DNA from: Octopus sinensis | Taxonomy: Eukaryota | Direction of reading: 5' to 3' | Assembly (NCBI RefSeq): GCF_006345805.1 | Contig: NC_043015.1 | Span: 3,968,001-4,032,000 of the forward strand | DNA length: 64,000 nucleotides | In this document: positions 55,798 through 64,000 of the stretch, piece after piece | Numbering within the stretch: position 1 is the first letter of the stretch | How the letters are laid out: each line of letters starts with the position of its first letter | Program-made: the position numbers and the translations under genes | Notes under the pieces: model-generated | Seen by the model: only the letters and a program-made list of their open reading frames with translations | What the model was told of the DNA's origin: nothing | Databases searched by the model: none

Positions 55798-56045
55798 ATA
55801 TATAAATGTATGTGTGTGTGTGTTTGTGTGTCTGTGTTTGTCCGCTAGCATTGCTTGACAACCGATGCTGGTGTGTGTTTACGTCCCCGTCACTTAGCGG
55901 TTCGGCAAAACAGACCGATATAATAAGTACTGGGCTTACAAAAAATAAGTCTCGGGGTCGATTTGCTCGACTAAAGGCGGTGCTCCAGCATGGCCGCAGT
56001 CAAATGACTGAAACAAGTAAAAGAGTAAAAGAGAAAGAGTATAGA
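55606..56045 (+). mobile_element. SINE family B copy
   Basis: Aligns with 20959-21382; tail (GAGTAAAA)n. Confidence 0.92.
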
Positions 56046-57338
56046 ATCGGTGTTTACCATCTATCTTGGTATTCCTATGCTATTCTTTCATTTCCTGCAT
56101 AATGGTGACAGTAAAATTTGAACCAGGTAATTTTAACGTAAATACCAGTAACTGCTGCAGGAAATCATTTTGGCCAATGACACACAAAGCTAACACGTCG
56201 GCGTGTGGCCAATATGATGAAACCTGCGTATCATTTAGTTGGTAATATTTAACATTTAATAAAATAAACCAATATTCATAACTAGAAAGGTATTCTTTTC
56301 ACAAATTTCTATATACTTTTGCGGAAACGAGGTTTTGAAAAGTTTGTATAACTTTCTATTTGAAATAATAGCTTCGATCACAAAATCTTATTTAGAGTAA
56401 TTAATCCAATTAACTGTGCGGTAGCACGTGTTAACATTTGTAGATACTAGTGGAAACGAAAATGTTTTCAAGACGTTTTCAAAGCTGCTTTCTACAATTT
56501 AGAAGCTTAAAACAGTTAATGAATTGCTGCTGGTTCCAACTATACTTTCAATGTTCTAAACGATTAAAGAAAAATAGAAAATGGAAGGAAAACCTATACA
56601 TGCTTTACAAGGCTTATCTGGATGGGCCAGTGATTACTAAAGTGTGTCATCACTTCATACATCACTCTATTTCGTTTCCTTATAGCTTTCAATAAAGCGG
56701 ATGTTTATATAAAGAACATTTTCTATAAATATTATTCAGACGGTGTAGGTTAAGATTATGTTGAAATTTAATGTACAAAAAAAATTATGATAGGGATATT
56801 CATGCATATCAATATTGGTTTCCTCATATATTTTCAATATATTGTATTATTTATATATTTTCAAAATATTGTATTATTTATTAATAATCCTATGAAAGTT
56901 ACCTTTCTATAAAGGAGGATAGAATACAATGCTATTTTTTTAATATATATTTCTTAAAATCTTTCATTCTAAATGAAATACATTTCTGTCATTAAACTAC
57001 TCAAAGCTGGTGCGCCGAATCCATAGTCATATATAAGCTAGAAATAGCTGTGATTACATAGATGTCGACGTTTATTTTTAACATACGTTAATTATATCAT
57101 CAAAATGATGAGCAAACGAAGTCAAGAGGGAAGAAATATCTGTTCCCTTCACATTTTTCTACTTTAATTCTTTATGTAATCGTAATCAAAACCACATGAA
57201 ATATGCTTGACGAAAATATCAGTAAAATATGCAAACTTTTTCGAAATTTTCGGCGTGTGGATTTTCTGAATCACAGCTTCCGTTATGTTTTTTTCACAGA
57301 AAATTGGAATATGAAGAGAATATTAAAGAATATTTCAG

Positions 57339-57435
57339 TATAGGCGTGGTAGTGTCTGTGTGGTAAGTAGCTTTCTTACGAACCACATGGTTCCGGGTTC
57401 AGTCCCAGTGCGTGGCACTTTGGGCAAGTGTCTTC
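57339..57435 (+). mobile_element. SINE family B head only
   Basis: Box A/B and CORE start, ending at GGGCAAGTGTCTTC. Confidence 0.8.
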
Positions 57436-57570
57436 AGGATATATAATGAAGTGTAAACCCGATAACTACATAATCCAACCAAAACGGTATTCAAATACAT
57501 CGTACGTATGGGAAGAACCTTCCAGGTTTTTAGTGGTATGGAAATTTCTTCTGGTGTTCTTTTTTTTATA

Positions 57571-57896
57571 TTTTTCAATCATTTGACCGCTGTCATGCAG
57601 GAGCACCACAATTTAGTATAAGAAATCGAATCCTGCACTTATTCCCTGAGATTCTGGTGCTTATTCAATCATTCTCTCCTGCCGAACGGCTAGGTAACTA
57701 GATGCAAACGCATCAACAGCGGTTATCAAGTGATGATGATGGGGGACAAACACATATACAAACACACACAAGCACATATATATACGTATATATCCACATA
57801 TATATATATATATATACATGACGGGCTTCTTTCAGTTTCCGTTTACCAAATCCTCTCCAAAACATTGGTCGGCCCGAAGGTCTAGTAAAAGACACT
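57571..57896 (-). mobile_element. SINE family B body and tail without head
   Basis: Reverse complement starts at AGTGTCTT and runs to the tail. Confidence 0.75.
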
Positions 57897-58195
57897 ATTT
57901 AAAGTATAGAGTACAATAGAGTACAATAGCCGCATATGGGTAGCTGATCTATCCCACCTCTTTTGTAGAGGGTGTTATCTATTTTTCTGGATTCCTTTAG
58001 CAGCTGTACCCCGTTCGAAATTTGCATAAGTTTTTGTTTGAAGGTAAGGAAGGGAAGCAGGCTTGTTTGTAATTATTAGAGAAACCATTAAACGTGCCTG
58101 AAAAAAACAAAACAAGATCATCCAACCAACTAAGAGACATGAAGAAATATCAAAGATGGTGAATATATACGAGGGTGGGGAAAGAAGAGAAAACT

Positions 58196-58515
58196 AACAC
58201 TCGATCGTTCTAGAACTCCCAGAATGAAAACGTAAACATCTGAAAGACGTTCGCTCTATTCATTACTAAATATCTTTCCCTGTTCTTCATTGTTAAAAGT
58301 AGAAAGGTAGAAATGATCGATCGTATTTCTGTCTAATTGTCATTTTAAATGAACACTCGATCCTTCTTGAACTCCCAGAGTGAAAACTGAAACAGCCGAA
58401 AAAATATGCCTCTATTCGTTACCGAATGTCTTTCTCTCTTCTTCATTGTTAAATGTAAACGTAAAGATGCTGGAAAAGATCGATCGTATTTCAGTCTAAA
58501 TTTCATTTTAAATGT
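58196..58515. repeat. Diverged tandem duplication, units of about 156-164 bp
   Basis: Both units start AACACTCGATC..TTCT.GAACTCCCAGA.TGAAAAC and end GATCGATCGTATTTC.GTCTAA.T.TCATTTT..AAATG. Confidence 0.85.
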
Positions 58516-58576
58516 CTGATGCTTATCTTTCTCTGCCTCTGTCACTTTACTCCTTTTCTCTACGGTTAAGAGAGTG

Positions 58577-58700
58577 AAGGTGCATGGCTCGGTGGTTAGG
58601 GGAATTTAGCCCACAATTGTAGAGTCATGAGCACGCTTCCCGGCGGTGCGCTGTGTTCTTCCGCTCGTTACTCTACTTCATTCAGATGGAGTTTGTTTTA
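58577..58700 (+). mobile_element. Degraded SINE family D-like head
   Basis: GCATGGCTCGGTGGTTAG box A and CTGTGTTCTT, similar to 11294. Confidence 0.4.
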
Positions 58701-60134
58701 GAGGTATTGCTCAGTAATATTATAGCATTTCTATTACGTCTGCAGGCTGCAATCGGCCGAAGAGGAAATATGTGTCGGAAATGAGAATATTTCTCAGAAA
58801 TTTGTTGTAACTCTCATACAACAATTTTGAAATGCCAGCAAAAATCCGGTGCCAATTAATCACTAAAGGAATTCGGTCATAAGCTTTTTTCCCACTTTTG
58901 AAATTAGCCGTGAAAGTGATTAACACTACTAATTACTGCTATGTATCATTCGCGATTACCTGTAAGCCTGATTCACTACAACCGCGTTTTACATAATGGC
59001 GCACTAAAATATTTGCATATTTCTAATAATACCCTTCGTCTGTGCAAGTACGTCTTGTCCTCAAACACTGGGACTTCGAATCTGATCTGATTGTAGGATA
59101 TAGCTGAACAGAGCGGTGGTGGGGATGAATATGGAATGACGTGGGTTTGCAAAATAAATCTACGACTATTCGACGTTCTGAAAATTTAAATTTCGTGTCG
59201 AAATATTCGACGCTACTTCTTCAAACCCACGACGTACACTTTATTCTAGAATTAAAGCCATAATGTTCTGTCAAGCAATCATAGAAATGCAAAAGGTTGA
59301 CTAAACTATCCTGAGTTCCTTCCCAGAAAAAAAAAAAACATGTCGTCAATGAACCGTAACTAACCTATAGGTTCCTGACCATGCACCCATAAAATAGGTA
59401 AGCTTTGTTCGTTGTGCAATAACATGTGTCAGACCAATTCTCTCAAGATTTTTAAAAGATACGTTATGTTTTACAGAGGAGAAGGGACCTGCAAGCATTT
59501 CCATTTGGTGTATGCAGCGGAATGCATCAAACACAAAATGAATTATGTTCGTTACACAACAGAACAATTACAAAAGTGAATTAAAGAACATAAATATGAC
59601 GCCAGGTGCAATAACAATGGCTGTAAGGAACTTGCGAAGTATACTACATGAAAAGGGTGTAAGTTTGAGGAAGGACTGAAGAAGCACATCCTCAAAAATT
59701 ACATTCATTCCACTACAATTTCATTCCTCAAAACAAATTAGGAGAGATATTTTTCTCAACTGTTGACATTTTCCGCCTGGAGGAATTAATAAAATGGCTG
59801 GTGAATTCCACAACATTTACACTAAACTTTTTGACTGAATAAATTTTCCTCCAAATCTTTTATTTTTTATATTTCTTTCTTTCCTTCCTGCTGCCTTCCT
59901 TTGCGAAAGACCGAAGACTGATGACGTCGTTTTATCTGGAAAGAAAGGCAGTTATTCTCGTTTAGTTTTGAATATTCCAGCGTTTCCTTCCTGTGAATTT
60001 CATTTCATTTTATACTTTGAACTTGTAAAGGATAAACGGAGTGTCGAAATAGTGTTCATTCGTTTCATATTCATTTTAATCAAGAGGGTCAATTTATATT
60101 TATTTCAAATAACAGTCGCACACTTCTTGTTATT

Positions 60135-60460
<326 letters not shown>

Positions 60461-61208
60461 GTTAATAACCTGAAGAATCATATAAATATTACTAGAAAAA
60501 CCAGGTCAACATACGTATAAATATTAATTAAATATCACAAGCAGAATGCAGAACTTTCGGCATGACCTACTGTGGAGCCAATTTCGAAAAAGAAAGAAAA
60601 CATTGAGTGAAAGTCACGGAAAACAAATATGTAATTATAAATTTATAACGAGATCATATATCTAGATATTGATGTCATTTATTACAATTCACTTACATAG
60701 ATCTAGTTAAGCACAGGTGTATATGTAAAGAACGTTGGCCAAAAATATATGTATGTTTTGCAGGACATGTTGAAAGTAAATTACACGATATAATACATCG
60801 ATTTATAATCCCTACCTAACTGCTGCTCCAGAGAGTCATCTGTGATGTAAAGTGTCATTATTTTTTTTTAATAGACAAGATTCCACGAAAAAATAATCCT
60901 GACCATTGCGGACAGGACATGACAAGTAACAAGTTTAACTTGATGTTCATCGAATTCTAATAAATGTTAATATATCAATATTAATATACAATTGTCACAA
61001 ATGAATACTAGATTAAGCAGCAAAGCAATTTTATCAGGTAGCGAACAACAAGAATAGGAATAAAAACAATTAAATCTCACTAACATAAATATAAACACAC
61101 TTACGCGTAACACCATCAATATCAGTGAGCATACGTACGCAGGTGTGCACATACATGTATGAATGCATGTATTCATATATATGCATATATATATGTATGT
61201 ATATATAT

Positions 61209-61246
<38 letters not shown>

Positions 61247-61282
61247 TTGTATGTATATATATGTACATATATATAAATACAT

Positions 61283-61335
<53 letters not shown>

Positions 61336-61441
61336 CTTAGGCAGATAGACAGAAATATAGATAAATATACACATACACCGGTGCATAAACGTAAGATAGT
61401 GAGACATACACATACACCGATATACACACATGTGAATATAT

Positions 61442-61501
<60 letters not shown>

Positions 61502-61507
61502 GTATGT

Positions 61508-61538
<31 letters not shown>

Positions 61539-61819
61539 CGTGTGTGTGTGTGCTCATATGCACACGATATAACACACAATGGCATATACGTCTGAGTTTG
61601 AAATAACGTGTGGCTTATTTCGACAGCAGGAATATATCCAATTTGGACTTATATTTTCACTTATGAGGTTATGAAAAGTAATAACCACTGCGATAATATT
61701 TACACTCAAATAGCATAAATATTTTAGTACTTTATGTTGAATACCTAGACCATCACGCTGAGCTTTCTATATTGAAGAAAATTCTATTTACTTAATTCAA
61801 ATACATATATGTACACGCA

Positions 61820-61835
61820 TGTGTGTGTATATGTG

Positions 61836-61901
<66 letters not shown>

Positions 61902-62041
61902 ATACATAAACACACACACATATATATGTATATATATAACATAATATATATATATATATAGCTGTGCATACATATATAGAGATAGAAATGTCATATATAT
62001 ACACCCATATATGTATATATGTATACTTACATATATATATA

Positions 62042-62082
<41 letters not shown>

Positions 62083-62158
62083 CATATATGTATACATGTA
62101 TACTTACACACATATATATATATACATATATATACCCATATATGTATATATGTATACT

Positions 62159-62199
<41 letters not shown>

Positions 62200-62200
62200 T
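61820..62200. repeat. (TA)n field with three copies of a compound unit CCCATATATGTATA(C/T)ATGTATACTTAC
   Basis: The unit recurs near 62003, 62081 and 62136. Confidence 0.85.
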
Positions 62201-63016
62201 TATATGCACATGTATAAACACAGGCGCACATATATGCACATCCATAATTGTGTATGTGATTATACGTACAAATATGTTTGCGTTTGCATATGTATATGTA
62301 GATTATACCTTTAAGTTATTTATTTATGTCGTATTGTGAATGGCTATCAAATGCATATCCTATTGAGAAAATGATAATTTGTTTAAAACTATTGCAAATA
62401 AGTTTCTGTACATCTTAATGGAAAATGATGATAGAGGACAATAAATTGATATAGATTTTTTTTTTCGAGAGCTTGGAAAGTAGACATTTCTCTGCGATAT
62501 GAAACCACTTCAATGACTAGAACTGTGTACGTGGGTTGTGTACTCAACAAGTTTCCGTGTCTGGTGTGAAAGAAACTTGCATGGTTCTAGGCTGTTATGT
62601 TCTGCCTTGAAAGCAGCTCTGTGTACATAAAGAAATTCAAGAGGGAGTTTGAGAATCACATGTCCACTGGTGTTTTCCGATCTCGGCTGTCTCAATTCCA
62701 TGACGACATTGGAGAATCCTTGTACCGCGGTACTTTCTCCTTTTCTAAGTCGGTTACACTCAATTGCTATTTCTTAATTATGTCACCCCCTTTACATTTT
62801 CAAAATACAGGATTCATGTTAATGCTACGTTATATATATTTGCCTATGTAATTCTCTCTCTCCCTCTGTTTCTTCTCTTTCTCTCTCTGACTCTCTCTGT
62901 TTCCTATCTCACTCACTGTCTTTCTCTTTCTCTCTACCCACACACACACACACTCTCTCTCCCTCTCTCTGCCACTGTGTATATTTATTATGTTAATTTT
63001 CTCAATCATATGTTAA

Positions 63017-63080
63017 TTGTTTCAGTCATTCATGCTGCAGAACCGCTTTTAGTCAAGCTCTGAACTTATTCTTTGTAAGC
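63017..63080 (-). mobile_element. SINE family B 3' tail fragment
   Basis: TGTTTCAGTCATT..CATGCTGCAGAACCGCTTTTAGTC..ACTTATTCTTTGTAAGCC matches the family B tail in reverse. Confidence 0.65.
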
Positions 63081-63506
63081 CACAGTTTCCAAATCAGTTC
63101 TTTTTTGTTCTTTCTGGTGTTATACTCCACGTGCTACATGATGCCTACTATCCGTTGTATAGGATTTAACTGCCCTTTATAGCGTGTAAAGAATCCTGTC
63201 AAAGGTCTCTTTGTTGTGCCTAAAAAAATTGTCTACACTTCTATATATCCGAAAATATCTTATGTGTTCCCATTTTTATTTAAGCATGCTAATTCCTATT
63301 AATAAATTATTTTAATATATTACCCTCATATGTACGCGAGTTATATATATATATATACATGTTTACTTTATATACACGGACGTATATATACATATGTATA
63401 TACGTATGTATGTATAATTATATTTATATACATACATATATATTTATAAATACATATATTTATGAATATATATATATAATCATATAATCATTTATGATTA
63501 TAGTAT

Positions 63507-63620
63507 TCTACGCTGAAGAGAAAAGAAGTTTCGGTAAGATAGAATTATTTATTATTTAATATTTAATATTTAGTTCTTATGCTTTCCTTAAAACTTGATT
63601 TCGAAACGTACGTCCGTGGA
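63507..63620 (+). ncRNA. Type I hammerhead ribozyme with canonical core and extended stem II
   Basis: UCUACG-CUGAAGA-G[AAAAGAAGUUU ... AAACUUGAUUU]C-GAAA-CGUACG-UC-CGUGGA: stem I 6 bp (one G-U), stem II 4+6 bp, palindromic stem III ACGUACGU, triplet GUC. Confidence 0.8.
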
Positions 63621-64000
63621 TAACTAAAAAAATGTATGATAGATTGCAGTCAATTCATTCTCTCTTACCTGTTTGTGTCTGCCTTCCAAATGCTGTTTTT
63701 ACTGAGATCTCCCTTTTTAGTAGAAGAAATAGCTATAACCCTTTGACTGCTATTCTAAATTCGGTATGTGGTAAGGCAACTCGTTGCTAACCCTTATTGC
63801 TAGTATACTTAAATTTTCCTCGAATGAGGCTTTTACATGCCGAAAAGATACTTGGTGTAATGATAAATTTTTCCAAATTAATTAATTTCACCCTTCATTA
63901 TTACGGATAACCATATTTTTATCAGTAGATGACCACAGCATCTTGTTTTGGCTACACGCGGGTGGGAAGGGGCTGTTGACACAATCGTTTCATTCACAAA

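Noticed and set aside
58720-58926. KAYDRIP resembling an RT motif
   Set aside because: An isolated 7-aa match with unsupportive flanks.
59477-59658. Candidate exon between a good acceptor and GTAAGT
   Set aside because: All three frames contain stops.
59915-59950. CTGATGA...GAAA at hammerhead-like spacing
   Set aside because: Stem II does not pair and no stem III or stem I follows.

Overview
AT-rich, microsatellite-saturated eukaryotic DNA. The SINE/LINE repertoire suggests an Octopus genome; this is inferred from repeat families, not from a search. I find no supportable host gene, rRNA, tRNA or CRISPR array, and almost all ORFs in the supplied track are microsatellite artefacts. The window is a mobile-element landscape: a 5'-truncated Penelope-like element with an intact RT + GIY-YIG frame sitting between two (TA)n tracts, a full-length frameshifted DD34D mariner inserted into a decayed RTE LINE, CR1-like, R4/Dong-like and RTE LINE fragments, Chapaev3-like and DD37D transposase relics, two Helentron-type non-autonomous elements, a Merlin-like MITE with telomere-like repeats, four tRNA-headed SINE families, and a 558-bp non-coding element embedded in (ATT)n. 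The most notable signal is a set of hammerhead ribozyme folds: a minimal type I hammerhead with a U3-A8 compensatory core at the Penelope 3' end (13379-13416, minus), a solo canonical-core hammerhead with an elongated stem II (63507-63620, plus), and a degenerate third copy (about 53.9 kb). All folds were derived by eye and none has been tested.
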